From: a virus
Taxonomy: Duplodnaviria; Caudoviricetes
Strand: one strand, 5' to 3'
Virus record (IMG/VR): IMGVR_UViG_3300037067_027684
Coordinates: 128,001 to 192,000 of that record
DNA: 64,000 nucleotides
The notes beneath the pieces were generated by a model. It saw only the letters and a program-made list of their open reading frames with translations, did no database searches and was not told the DNA's origin. Below, one piece after another: positions 40,943-52,448 of this stretch. Made by a program: the position numbers and the translations under genes. Each line of letters starts with the position of its first letter. Position 1 is the first letter of the stretch.

Positions 40943-41638
40943 TTATCGGCTCCGTTCGTATTTGTTGACAATATCGATGAGTCGGCGTTGAACTTTACCG
41001 TTGACTTGGAATTCTTTGTAGATTGGTTCTACTCCGGTTTTGATGCGTTGTGGGGCGACAGCGCCACTATATCTCCAGGTATAAACGTCTCGGTATCCCG
41101 TAATGATGCGGTGGTACCAGAGTCCTTTACGTCGGGCGTAGGTTTGGCCTTCGATTACGGTTACTTCTGCCACGAGTTTTTGGTGTGGTACTCGAACGCC
41201 TTGTTCTTTTACGTAGTAAGTCTCGAATTCTTGTGAGAAGCAGGATGGTTTTCGGTGTTGTTTCTTCCAGACTCTTCCGACTTTGCGGAGGATTCCGTTG
41301 GTGTCTACGAAGAATTTGTTCCATTCGTATGGGCCGGTTTGTTGTGGTGCTTTTGGGTCTCCTACGAGTTTGCTTGTAAAGAACCATTCGGGGTATTGGT
41401 TCAGGTGAGATGGGATTTTCTGGATGACTTTCTTTCAGGGTTTTCCGATGTTGTTGTTGAGGTAGCGCAGGAGTGGTGCGTAGCTGTATCCTGCGGGGTG
41501 TACGGTGTCGCGTGGGCGCATTCTTTCGCGGCTTGGGGAGTTTTCCCATTGGTTTTTGGCGTACAGGTTGTTTAGGCGGGCGTAGCCTTTTTCAGCGTCT
41601 TTGTTTTTTGCGCATTTTGGTGAGTCTCTTAGGCTCAT
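40943..41638 (-). pseudogene. 231-codon gene split by one in-frame TGA (41435-41437)
   Basis: Reads ...PLLRYLNNNIGKP*KKVIQ...FFVDTNGILRK... in one frame into the track ORF 40943-41173. Confidence 0.75.
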
Positions 41639-42687
41639 TGTGGTCTCCTTTCATCTCAAATTCTGCTAGTGCTAGAACTGAACAGGATGGACACAACATT
41701 TGTGGATCTTTACCATATTTTGTCCAACTCCTTGCTCCTTTGTTTCCGCAAACATATGGGCCGTTGAGGTATTCACAATTCATATTTCGATTATCCAGCC
41801 TTCTGGATTCTTCAGGAATTCCGCTTGAGATTTCCTGTCTTTGCCCATCAGAAACCAACCACTTTTGGTGCCTTTTACGAAGAAAATTACGTGTTTTGCG
41901 GCTTTGGTTCTGTTGGCTTTACTGAGTAGTTCAAAGGCTTCTTTGTAGTTTTTGCGTTTGGCGATTACAAATTCGGTGAATAGGCAAATTTTCTTCATGT
42001 TATTCTCCTTTCTCCAGTTTGATCCACCAGCATTCTGATCCCCATAGAGTAGTTCCATCGTCCAAAGTTATACGTATTCTCCCTTTGATTTCTTCAGCGA
42101 ATCCTTTCTTACCGACGTGGGGTTTAGATTCTGGCGGAGTTCTGGCTACCAGATATGGCTTTTTGCCGCCTTTGGGGCGTAGGGCTAATCCGTCTGGGTC
42201 GATGACTTTGCAGCGGCATGGCACCCAGTCACTACCGGCTTGTTTCTTTGGTTTCTTCATTTTATCCTCTCACAAGTTGTTGGATTATCGTTCCTATGAC
42301 AATTGCCAATACTGCTAGTGAGAGTGTCGAAATCATAATTAGGTCGATGGTTTCTATTTTAATCATTTAAGTGCTTCCTTTGCTTTTGCTGCGATTATGC
42401 TGAAGTCGTGGCCATTGGTGGAATCGAGATGGAGTTGTTGTGCTGTGACGATTGAGACATTGTATTCCTTCGCCACTGCTTCGCAGGCTTCTAGGATTTT
42501 CTTGAGAGTTTCGTATTTGGCTAATTCTTCGTCTCGATAGGGTCCGAGTTCAATGCTGCGAGGCCAGTCGGAGATGTCATAGGTTCCTAATTCGATGTGG
42601 ATGTCTCCTTCTTGGTCGAAGTAGACATTCATTACGTAGCTGCTGCTTTTGTCGGCTCCTGTGATCTTTTTGAGTTTGAGGAAGATT

Positions 42688-43083
42688 TTATGAATTTCTG
42701 TCCAGGTCATATGCTTGCCCTCGTGTTGTCATCCACTTTCGGTAGACATCTTCTACACAATCCGTTGGCTTCACTTTGACTAACGTTTCGTTGAACTTCA
42801 TCCAAACATCTTCTTCTACTGCTCTTTTGACGAATTGGATAACCTCGTCGGTAGCTTTGCCAAATTCTTCTCCAAAGTTTGGGGTCACAACCCACTCCAT
42901 ATTATCGTTTAGATCGAGAGATGCAAACATTGGTTTGAAGGTGTTCAGATAATCTACGTCAACTCGTGGGAATAGTAGTCTCTTGATTCCATCTGGGGTG
43001 AGTTTGGTTTTAGGTATTGGTGCTGTGACATTGGTTTGTGTTAATGTTTCTCCAATGTCTAGTGTTCTGTCTCCTAGTTCCAT
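42688..43083 (-). CDS. hypothetical protein with N-terminal ELGDRTLDI tag
   Basis: Starts MELGDRTLDIGE; paralog of the adjacent gene (EDVWMKFN vs EDTWLKFN). Confidence 0.8.
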   Translation of the reverse strand: MELGDRTLDIGETLTQTNVTAPIPKTKLTPDGIKRLLFPRVDVDYLNTFKPMFASLDLNDNMEWVVTPNFGEEFGKATDEVIQFVKRAVEEDVWMKFNETLVKVKPTDCVEDVYRKWMTTRGQAYDLDRNS

Positions 43084-43092
43084 GTTATTCTC

Positions 43093-43419
43093 CTAGATTG
43101 TGTCGTTGGTTGAAATCCAGTCATTATAATAAGCGTAAGTATCAAGTAATGGGTCATCATTAAGGTCAATTCGAAGCATACATCTGTTGAACTTTAACCA
43201 TGTGTCTTCACCTGATTCTCGTGCATAGATTCTGCTATTCCGGACTGCTTCTAGAATTGGTGTGCCACCTAATGGTTCAAGGATGTGCTTGCCGTTATCG
43301 AATATGATTTGGTATAATCCTAACCTAGTCAGCGTTTCTCTACTCGCGTAGAATTTACGCTTTATGGGTTGGGGTTGTGGTGGTACCCCAAGGTCCAATG
43401 TTCTATCGCCTAGTTCCAT
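43093..43419 (-). CDS. hypothetical protein with N-terminal ELGDRTLDL tag
   Basis: Starts MELGDRTLDLGVPPQPQP. Confidence 0.8.
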   Translation of the reverse strand: MELGDRTLDLGVPPQPQPIKRKFYASRETLTRLGLYQIIFDNGKHILEPLGGTPILEAVRNSRIYARESGEDTWLKFNRCMLRIDLNDDPLLDTYAYYNDWISTNDTI

Positions 43420-44072
43420 TTAAGTCCTGCTCTTTAGCCAGTGTGGGAAGAAAAGATTTTTCATTAGGAGATCTTTTAACTCCTTGTCATTTACCTTTCT
43501 TTTAAGAGCTTCTTTAATCTCAAGACTGATTTGGTTACTGAATAACATAGAATAGCCTTTTTCATCTGTGATTAGATAGCCGACACAATCTCCGATTGAG
43601 ACATCTGTTAACCGGAACTTCTTGCTATTAAGTTTAAGATTGCGTGTCATGTTTTGCCTTTTGTGCCTTCCCAAATGCGGCCCATTCCTTACATTTGGTG
43701 AGGGCTTCTTCGCGGGTCAAGCCTGTAATATAGTACTGTTGTTTCCACTCCTTCCAGTAAACTTCCCTAGAATGAAGCTTAACTCGCCACTCTGATTTGC
43801 GGTTTACATTCCGCCAAAATTCTCCATACCAATTTGACTTATCAGCAGCCGCCCAGATAGAACCAGTGAAGTTAAGATTATTAATGTGGTCATCTCCGTT
43901 CACATCTCCACGGAGGCAGACTCCTTTGTAGACTTCGTTGACCATATTTGCGTAACTTATTTGTTCATTGAGATTTTCTAGTTGGCCTGTGAGTTTCTCG
44001 AACTTCTTTTCGAGATTTTGATGCTTCTGTTTAAGCGTTTTCTTTTGTTTAAACAGTCGTAGGAGTGTGGCG

Positions 44073-44591
44073 TTAGTCATTTTCTGTGTCCTCTTCTTCG
44101 ATTTCTTCATCTTCTTCGTCGAAGTCATCTTCGTCTTCGTCGTCAGAGTGGTCAGTCACAATTTGCACATCGCCGATGATTGCATTCCCAGCAGAAATCC
44201 CAACTAGACCATCAAGAGTGCCATCAAGAGTGACTTCAACGCCTGTGTGGTTATTGTTTTTAGGGATTAGTTCCTTAGGAATAACTGCTACCTTACCGGA
44301 GTCAACGCCAAACTCGCCAATCATAATACCACTTTGGTAAACCGGATAAGAACCATCTCCGTAAGCTGTGCCAAACATAAGAATTGTCTTGCCGTCCTTC
44401 TCGCAGGTCACCCAGTCGTGGCCACAGTTATTGGGGTATTTGTCCCATTCCCACATTTTGTGGATTTCGTCCCAAGCCTTAGACGAGTGATGCAAGCTAC
44501 CCCAGATGTAGCATGGGTCGATGATCACATATTCACCCTTAAGGTGAAGTTTCTGGGGTTGATGTTGCCCACCTTTGACGTTGGTAAACAT
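44073..44591 (-). CDS. DUF4241-like phage protein with acidic tail
   Basis: IIDPCY, TAYGDGSYPVY and FGVDSG motifs. Confidence 0.55.
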   Translation of the reverse strand: MFTNVKGGQHQPQKLHLKGEYVIIDPCYIWGSLHHSSKAWDEIHKMWEWDKYPNNCGHDWVTCEKDGKTILMFGTAYGDGSYPVYQSGIMIGEFGVDSGKVAVIPKELIPKNNNHTGVEVTLDGTLDGLVGISAGNAIIGDVQIVTDHSDDEDEDDFDEEDEEIEEEDTEND

Positions 44592-45156
44592 GTTCTCTCC
44601 TTAGTAGTGACCTGTGTGAAGCATTGAATCTGAGTATTTCTTCCTTGCTACTTCAAACCAAGCTGGCGTATTCCTTGGGCGGGTGAGTTTGATATCGACG
44701 TAGAACGCACCCTTACTGTCTCCGCTCAATTTGCGGATTCTTTGTTTCCTCTTAAAGAGGACGCTCTCTTCAGGGGAGAGTGTTATGGTTGTTTCTTTGG
44801 TGCGTGGGTTATATCCTATTGTCACTTTTGATTCCTCCATTGTATTGGGCGTTTGTGTTCGGGGAAGCGATCCCAGTATGCTTTCCAGAAGAGTATTCGT
44901 GTTGTTTTGCTTTCATAAGTGTAATTAGGGGAATCTTTGGCTTTGTCCTTCTGGAGTTTGTCGAAGATGGACACTAGGCGTGTGAAGGAGCTTTTGCGTC
45001 CTAGTTTTTTGTTCATGGTGACATCACTATAGGAGCTAAGGAAGTTTTCATTATCGATTTTGCCATTAGTGCTTAGCATGCAGATGGTTATGTTGCCTGT
45101 GGGGCCTGGGATGTGGTGCCACCAGACTCGGTATTCGTTGTTGTTGGCTTTGATGA

Positions 45157-45873
45157 TCATAGTCTTGCTTCCGCTCCTGTGCTCACGCTGGTTCTGGTTG
45201 ATTCCAACCTTATCATGACTTGGGTTAATGCTTTGTCGTAAGACCCTGGGTATTCACCAGTGGAGGTTACTACCATTTCTGCTGCCTTATCTGATAGGAT
45301 TACTCTGCGTAATCTACTATCACTGAGACAGTTATTGCCAACCACATCCAATATTCTATAGACTATTTTGACGATATTGTTATCTGACAGCAAAATCTGC
45401 TTCTCTTCTAGAACATAGGCCCATAGGATGAACTTGTCATCCTTGAAGTCAATGTACCATGTTCCATCGGGAATTGGGGTTTCATATTTCTTCTTCAATG
45501 CAGCTAATTGCTCTCGCTCTTCTTTCTCTCGGCGTTCTCGTGTTTTCTTAGAAAAATCTAAGATTTCGGCCAAGAGTCTTGACGCTGCTTCTTTGCAGAG
45601 TTTTTCACGATTTTCACAGCCAACCAATATATCGAGTCCGATTTGGACATCTACGCAATCATCTGATAGTGTGATGTGTTTTTCTGAGAAGTTTTCTTCT
45701 GTTATGTATTCGCCCAATTTGCCAAAGTCAGTCTTGATTGTTAGTTCGTCCATTTCGAAGTCGCATTTTGGGTCTTTTTCTACGCCTTCTTTGATTTGGG
45801 CTGCGATAAAATCGAGTGTTTGGTGGAATTTAGGCCATGTTTGTAGGAAGCTGATGAGTTCTGGTTTAGTCAT
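45157..45873 (-). CDS. hypothetical protein
   Basis: 238-aa ORF coupled to PolX. Confidence 0.6.
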   Translation of the reverse strand: MTKPELISFLQTWPKFHQTLDFIAAQIKEGVEKDPKCDFEMDELTIKTDFGKLGEYITEENFSEKHITLSDDCVDVQIGLDILVGCENREKLCKEAASRLLAEILDFSKKTRERREKEEREQLAALKKKYETPIPDGTWYIDFKDDKFILWAYVLEEKQILLSDNNIVKIVYRILDVVGNNCLSDSRLRRVILSDKAAEMVVTSTGEYPGSYDKALTQVMIRLESTRTSVSTGAEARL

Positions 45874-46349
45874 TTTCCTCTCCTGCTTGGTTCTTTGTAC
45901 GGCATACCAAATGCCGCGTAGATACTTTCTTCCGTCTCTCCTGCGATCTTCACGTTATTCTTATCGAAGAGGCCATATTGGTTAAGTAGGTATCCTTTGG
46001 TTTTCGACTTCAATCTCATACCTATTGTTGAACCTTTCGGCCCAGTCATATAGAGAAGCAATGCTCCCCAATAGGAGGGTTCGCCTCTGTAGCAGTTGAC
46101 TTGCATGCCTTGGTAGATGAAGGTGACGTGGGTGTCGCCGGATTCCTTGATTTCGATGCCTGGGATTTGTGGGATTAGGCGTAGGTCGCCTTGGATTGCT
46201 ACGTCTAGGTCTCCGATTGTTTGTTCGCCGCGTCTGAGTGAGCCGCAGAACATGATTTCTGCGAAGCCGATGTTTTTCATTGCGGTTCGGAGTTCGCCTG
46301 AGATGCGGAGTGCTTCGGCTCGTGGTGTTGCTGTTTTGTAGCTAGGCAT
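45870..46349 (-). CDS. minimal X-family DNA polymerase (palm and thumb only)
   Basis: CGSLRRG...GDLDV, LLYMTGP, MR...GYLLNQYGLF, ETEESIYAAFGMPY.EP..R. Confidence 0.9.
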   Translation of the reverse strand: MPSYKTATPRAEALRISGELRTAMKNIGFAEIMFCGSLRRGEQTIGDLDVAIQGDLRLIPQIPGIEIKESGDTHVTFIYQGMQVNCYRGEPSYWGALLLYMTGPKGSTIGMRLKSKTKGYLLNQYGLFDKNNVKIAGETEESIYAAFGMPYKEPSRRGK

Positions 46350-48253
46350 TCTTATCTCCTGGGATGTCTTTCGCAGTTATGAATCCAAGTTCTGTGGCCA
46401 GCTCAATGGCATATTCAAAACCATCGGTATCGCAACAGCGAAGAGCATCGATTAAAGAGTCAATATCAAGAGCCAACTCAAGTTCTTTTGAAGATAGCCT
46501 TTTCTTAGAGGCGATGTACCAAGTGTCACCACCAAAGTCAATATAATCATTCATAAAACAACGAACTTTGGTCTTGGGCGGTGTGTCGATGTCAATGCCC
46601 ATAATTTCCATCTTCTTAATGGCTACGTTGGCCTTTTTGAGGAGTAATTTCTTGAATTCTTTCCATTTCTTGTTCATTCTTATCTCCTAGAAAGATGGAT
46701 TATGGATAATCCAGGTTCGGCCTGTTCCATCGGCAGAAACGCAAAGGGTATCCCATCGGGAGACTTCTCGGGGATGTTCTTTGCAGTATTGGCACTGACA
46801 GCCACTACCCATTGTGGCACTTATTGTTTCTGCGAGCGAGGGTGGGATTCGGATGTAGATGGATTTACCGTCTTTGGATTTACTAACTGGTTGGTGGCTT
46901 AAGTCTCTGATTGGGGGTCTCTTTTTCATGTTCTACTCCTTATTTCCATTGAGGAAATGTTGGTAATCTCTAGTTTTCTCGATCTCACCTTCCCCAACGC
47001 CGATCTTCTTCCTGTTTGCGAACTGTTTTGAGTATTTCGACTTGGGGTGATTCGATTTTGAATGTTCGGACTGCCGGTAGCCATGCGAAACTTGTGATTG
47101 TCTCCTCGTGTTCCAGCACGATCCTCTGTAGTGCATCGTACCAGCAGGAGTCGTGGGATGTAACAAATTCCCAATTCTCCCAATTGAACTTGTGTTCAAT
47201 AAAACCGTCTGAGGGTCCAATCTTCTTGTAGATTGAGATGTAGTTGCTTGGGGCGTAGATGAGGATGCCGAGCCAGGGGAGTGGCTTGATGTTGTCGTAG
47301 ACTTCGTTCCATTCTTCTCGTCGGAATCCGATGAACCCTACTTGTTCTCGTCTGATTTTGTCGAATGGTCCTTTGGTGTATTTCTCTTCGATTTGTTGAC
47401 GTAGGCTCCAGAGGAGCATGTGGTACATTTCTGTGTGTTTTCGAACGAGTAGTTCTGGCTTTGATCCTATTGTAAGCATTTGGGTGCTCCTTTTATTGCG
47501 TGGGTTTGATTCGTCTTCTAGGAGATTTCTTTCTTTCCGCCATGTCCGTATTTCCTTGCATTGCGAGCAATCTGCACGCATGTTACAGCATGCTCATAGG
47601 TGCGTGGTACTTGATAGCCATGCCAAGCTGAGATTGCGTGATGGTCACGAATAGCTTTCTTGGCAATTTCTTTTGCATTCTTTGCGTACTTGGTATGTTC
47701 CATGATCTTAATTCCTCTCGTTATTTCTGGAAGATCCCGAATTTGTTCCCACAGGGTCTGACTTCAAGGTGTTCTGATTCGGCGTTGAAGTCTTTAGCGC
47801 ATTGTAGAATTCGGCAACGAAGTTCTTGGTCGGGTGTTTCGCCTGCTGCTCCAGCCATTGTGACGTAGTTGGCGTGGATTTCAATAAGCAGGGATATTGC
47901 TCCGACGTATTTGGTTTTCAGGGGGAAGTCCATTTTGTTATCCTTTCATGGGTTGACCGGCTTTGGTTAGCCGGTTGTGTTCGTCTTTGAGAGCGTCTTT
48001 AAGCTTATCGGCCCATTCTCGGTCTGTGAGTTTTGAGCCTGCTTGTTTGAATGTGTTGATGAGGTGTGCTAGGTCATGCAGGTATGCTTGTTTGAGCATT
48101 TGACTCTCCTTCTGTTTCTGAATTCTTGTATGATCATTCGCATTTCTCTACGGGCTGCTGAATGGATTCCACCAAGGCGGTAGAATCGGAAGGCTATGTC
48201 CAATTCCACGGGGCTGAATCCTGAGTAGAAGGTTATTCGCATTTTGGATCTCC

Positions 48254-48622
48254 TTAATCTTCGGAAGGCCAGTAATTATTTTCAACCATAAGGTTGAATA
48301 TTTCGTTTTCGGCATCGGGGTTGTTTGCGACTTGCGCCATGACTTTAATTTCTTTATGAAGATTACTAAATTCTTTGGTTGCCAGATATTCAGTTGCTGT
48401 TGGGGGCACACCAGCTTCGTTTGTGTAAGGCGCACCATCTTTGATTTCGTCTTTTTCGGAGGGGGCAAAGACTACGAAATCCACGTCAACGAATCGTACG
48501 CCGAGTGGTCCTTTCGCTCTTTCACGAACCCAGGTGAATGCTTCTTTGAGCTTTTCCTTCATTTGTTTTGGACTGATGAATCCTTCTGTACTAAAAACAA
48601 TGGCCACTGCATTCTTAGACAT
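48254..48622 (-). CDS. hypothetical protein
   Basis: AAGGAG SD before MSKNAVAIV; downstream of GC-rich element copy C. Confidence 0.65.
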   Translation of the reverse strand: MSKNAVAIVFSTEGFISPKQMKEKLKEAFTWVRERAKGPLGVRFVDVDFVVFAPSEKDEIKDGAPYTNEAGVPPTATEYLATKEFSNLHKEIKVMAQVANNPDAENEIFNLMVENNYWPSED

Positions 48623-48655
48623 TTTGGATCTCCTTTTCTCGCTGCGCGGGCAGCG

Positions 48656-48771
48656 GACGGGCGGCACGCGCCGGATTTTGCCGGTAATTGAGCGTCGTTT
48701 ACGATCCCGTAAGCGGCGTGGCGGGGCGGTATGCGGGTACCACCAGCCGGTAGTTTGGTGGTCCTGTTTAC
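48656..48771 (-). promoter_or_regulatory. GC-rich fixed-spacing element, copy C
   Basis: Blocks GTAAACA, ACCACCAAAC, GGTAC, ATACCGCC, AAACGACGCTCAA, ACCGGCAAAATCC and CCGCCCGTC shared with copy B. Confidence 0.7.
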
Positions 48772-49529
48772 GGAGTTCCGATGGTCGAACATTTCTTGAA
48801 TGTTGTTGAAAGCACGAAGTTAGCCGTGGCAATCGGGCCAAATCCGAAACCAAGGCCATTGATTGCGTGTGAGAAAATAATTTGATGATATCTCTCTCGA
48901 TATCTGGCGCAGAGTCCTGCAAAGCGCCGGTTTGCCTCTAGAAAAATCAGAGTTCTTGTATGATCATTCGCATTTTGCGGGCTGATGTGTGGATTTCCGA
49001 TGTATCCAAATTCCCAACGTGGGGAAATTTTCATATTGTCTGGGAACCAGAAATTACTGTTGGTGAACAGTCTATGTCCTTTTCTTAGTTGGTTCACTAG
49101 TTGGGCGTTGGTGTAGGTTTCGGATGGTTTGGTGTATTTCTTTTGGGTCATTGCGAATTGGAGCAATTCTCGGGCGATTTCCATGTCTGATTTTTCAATA
49201 TTGTTGAATAATTCTTGGAGGATTCTGAGAGCTGTGGGTTTGTCTTGGACAGTATATGCCCAGCAAGTACAATGTGGTAGATATGTCTTATAGGCGTGTT
49301 TCGAATTTAGCTTGTCTTCTTGGATTAAGCGTTTGAATTTTCTCATTTATTTTCTCCTTGGTTTGTTGAGAAATCAGCTTGTTATTCCGTACCGGCACAA
49401 TGGCATCTGGTCACTTTTATGGGGAGCGAATGAACACTCCTCAAGGGAGCGTGTGGTGAGTATGTGATGTTGAGGAGATTTGACATGGACGTAAAGACAG
49501 CAAATGCTGCGTACCTAAAGGAGAGGAAA

Positions 49530-50176
49530 ATGTCAGATAAATGCCAGTCAGAAGAGCCAGAACCAAAATTGAGAAGTTTGGGTGACATTTCTGGTTTAAT
49601 AAAGGGGATATCTAGTAGGTTAGTTAATATTAATGTACGAGCAAGCCACTTACGTCGTAGTCTGATCGACTTTCCTGATGCCAATAAGGTAGCAGCTAAA
49701 GAAGCCAACATTGGCAAGCAGGATACTACCTTCCTCTTCGCTACTCTTCATGATCTTGGGGCAATTAGGATTGAACTTAACGAGCTTGAAAGTCATTTGG
49801 ATGCGCTTGAGAATGGTTGTAATTGGCGTGATGTAAAACAGAAAGATTAAAGGGAGATCACATGACAGACCGACCTGAAGTAGAGAAAAAGTCAATCCAT
49901 CAAATTCTGCGTGAACAGGAAGATATCTGTAAGAGCTTGTCACATCTAAACAGGCGCTTAACTAATATAAGGACTAATCTTTTTGGATACGAGGACTTCG
50001 AAGAACCACATCCTGAAAGCTTCCTAGATAGGTCCTTGGACCTTATTAAAATCAGTAAGGATAATCTTAGTTGTCTCGATCACCAATTGAGAATTCTTGA
50101 GAATGTTTGTGGTGTTGCTGCTTGTGGTGAGGAGGGTATGGCAGCGACTGGTCCGCAAATTCCTAGGCGAATCTAG
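49530..50176 (+). other. two paralogous helical proteins (49530-49850, 49862-50176)
   Basis: Similar ends: LESHLDALENGC vs LDHQLRILENVC. Confidence 0.55.
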
Positions 50177-50564
50177 AGAATCTAAGCGGCGGATACCTAG
50201 GAGATGAGTTGTGATCAATCAGTATCCATCTGTTTTCTACTTTGATCCAGAATGAATGTCCTGGTTGAAGAAAAACTTCTCCAAGTCTGAATGGGCCTGA
50301 GAAAACACCTGGATATTCTGGGTTCGTTCCAATTCCGACGAATAATTTTGCTGTCACGTATTGCCCTCGCACTGCTTGACGGATTTCATCGTCTGTTAAG
50401 CGTGGGTCGATGTTGTCTGATTCGATGATTTTTGATATATCGATGTTGTGCACACTCTTAAGGTCATAAATTGTTGCTTGTGATGGATATGCTGAGTAAT
50501 CGAGTTCGGTCGAAACTTTTACCTCTTTGACTCCTAGATCTAATGTTCTGTCACCTAATTCCAT
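50163..50564 (-). CDS. hypothetical protein with N-terminal ELGDRTLDL tag
   Basis: Starts MELGDRTLDLGVKE; contains YDLKSVHNID. Confidence 0.75.
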   Translation of the reverse strand: MELGDRTLDLGVKEVKVSTELDYSAYPSQATIYDLKSVHNIDISKIIESDNIDPRLTDDEIRQAVRGQYVTAKLFVGIGTNPEYPGVFSGPFRLGEVFLQPGHSFWIKVENRWILIDHNSSPRYPPLRFSRFA

Positions 50565-51335
50565 GATTAAACTCCAGGTTCTACCTTACGCTCAAGCAGG
50601 AAAACCACAATACCACCGTGATCATGTGTTCCTGATCTATGTGGTGAAATCATGTTAACGACTCGCCAGCCTTTGCTTAGGAAGCTATTAATAGAATCAG
50701 GACATTCACCTCTTGCATCAAGGTCATAAGTGACAACTAATTGTTCCATAATAGGAGGACGAGGTCCACCGAGTGGGGGAGGACGGGGTGGTGGAGGGAC
50801 TACTCTTCGTTCATTCATGTTGACCCTTTCGCCTCTTCTTCATCTGGCACCCGCACAAATACCAAATATAATAACAATCGCCACAACCTCGCTTTAGTGG
50901 CATAAAACTCCCGTCATAGTCCGGATGCTCTTTACAAGGCTTATATTTAGGTTTTCTGCTCAAACGCCAACTCCTATCTTGCCACCCACCAGACAGCATA
51001 GGTGTAAACACAGAAGCACACAGCAACCGCCCAAATGAGATGAATCACTGCCGCTGGTCCAAATATCCTCCCAGCGTTTTCAAGGAAGAGCCTGTTCCAT
51101 TCGCGTTTCTTATCGTTATCTAGCTGAATCGCACCAGCATCAGGGTGCTCACTTGGAAGCTTATAACCCTCAAAGCTTCCTCGAATTTCTGGTGGTATTG
51201 CAGCTAATGTCTTTATGACTGAGCATCGAGACTCTTCCTTTGCGGCTTCTGCTCGATCAGCTTGAGCCTTTGCTTCCAATAACTTGGCATCAGCCCCATC
51301 TCTTAATTCACCGTGTTTGATCGGTGTCCAGTTCA

Positions 51336-51656
51336 TTACCCCTCCAGAATTAGTTGGCGTTCGCCCAACTCTGCTACTTTTTCGGGTGGTTGTGGTATGA
51401 TGAGTCTGATATATGTTTCAGCAATGCCTCTACGAATAACTGGTAAAAAATCATTGGCGAATTTTGTAGAATCTCCATATCCAATTAATTGAGCGCCATA
51501 CCAAGAGCATTCTAACATCAAAGCAAACTTCTCACGATCTGTGACTGGAATCTCTGCGCACTTTGATATTACAGGCCACCATTTTCTTAGACACTCTGAG
51601 GGAGTAGCTTTCATTTCAGACATCAAAGCTTGGCATTCAGCGGGAGTTTTCATCAC
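51336..51656 (-). CDS. protein resembling the N-terminus of T4-type major capsid protein, with C-terminal ELGERQLIL tag
   Basis: LRKWWPVI...EI...ALMLE...PVIRR; ends AELGERQLILEG. Confidence 0.65.
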   Translation of the reverse strand: MMKTPAECQALMSEMKATPSECLRKWWPVISKCAEIPVTDREKFALMLECSWYGAQLIGYGDSTKFANDFLPVIRRGIAETYIRLIIPQPPEKVAELGERQLILEG

Positions 51657-51946
51657 TCCTCCAGAATAAGTTGGCGTTCGCCCAACTCTGAAGCCGGAAC
51701 TTTTACTGCGTCATGGATTCTACACCAACCGTATTTGCGCATATCATCTTCGTTTAAATTACTAATGTCTGTTTTACCATCGGTAACTATGACGAGGCAT
51801 TTAACGGGCAATTTCTTTAGAGCGAGTCCAATTTGACTAACCAAATGCCTATATGACTCTCTACTGTCATTTACTTTAACATGAATGACGCTCCTGTCAT
51901 TCGCGTAATTACAGACTTCTGTGACTATTGCGTCAAGCATGTTCAC
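51653..51946 (-). CDS. hypothetical protein with C-terminal ELGERQLIL tag
   Basis: Ends SELGERQLILEE. Confidence 0.75.
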   Translation of the reverse strand: MNMLDAIVTEVCNYANDRSVIHVKVNDSRESYRHLVSQIGLALKKLPVKCLVIVTDGKTDISNLNEDDMRKYGWCRIHDAVKVPASELGERQLILEE

Positions 51947-52448
51947 TCTTTGATTGCATCAGGCCAGATTGAGAGCAATGTTTTCTCACGATCCTTGGTG
52001 CTGTAGCCCCTACTCCCATCCTCCAAACCTGCTCCTACACCATATCCTGACCAACCGTGCCAGATAGTCCCCTCACAATGTTCGGCTCTGATGTATTGGT
52101 AGATATTGTCTTCCTCCTTCCACCAAACTGTTGTTTTATATCCAAAACCATCCATGAGTAGTGGCTTATTGGCTTTTCTGAGTTTCTCAGAATTAATATA
52201 CAGCTTACCCAGATATTCATCGATTGCGTCCTTATCCTTGACTAGAAGGATAAGGTCTCTTTCTCTCTCAACGTCTCGATAAGAAATATAAGTCTGCTTA
52301 TACAAACAAATGTAGATTGGTTTTTCACCAATAATTACGTGAAATTCTGGCTCTTTGACTATCCCTAACGGGGTGATTTTACAGTCTGATCTTTCTGGCA
52401 TTCGCTTGCCATTCCGGTAAGCGTAACCACCGTAATCTGAGTAGGCCA

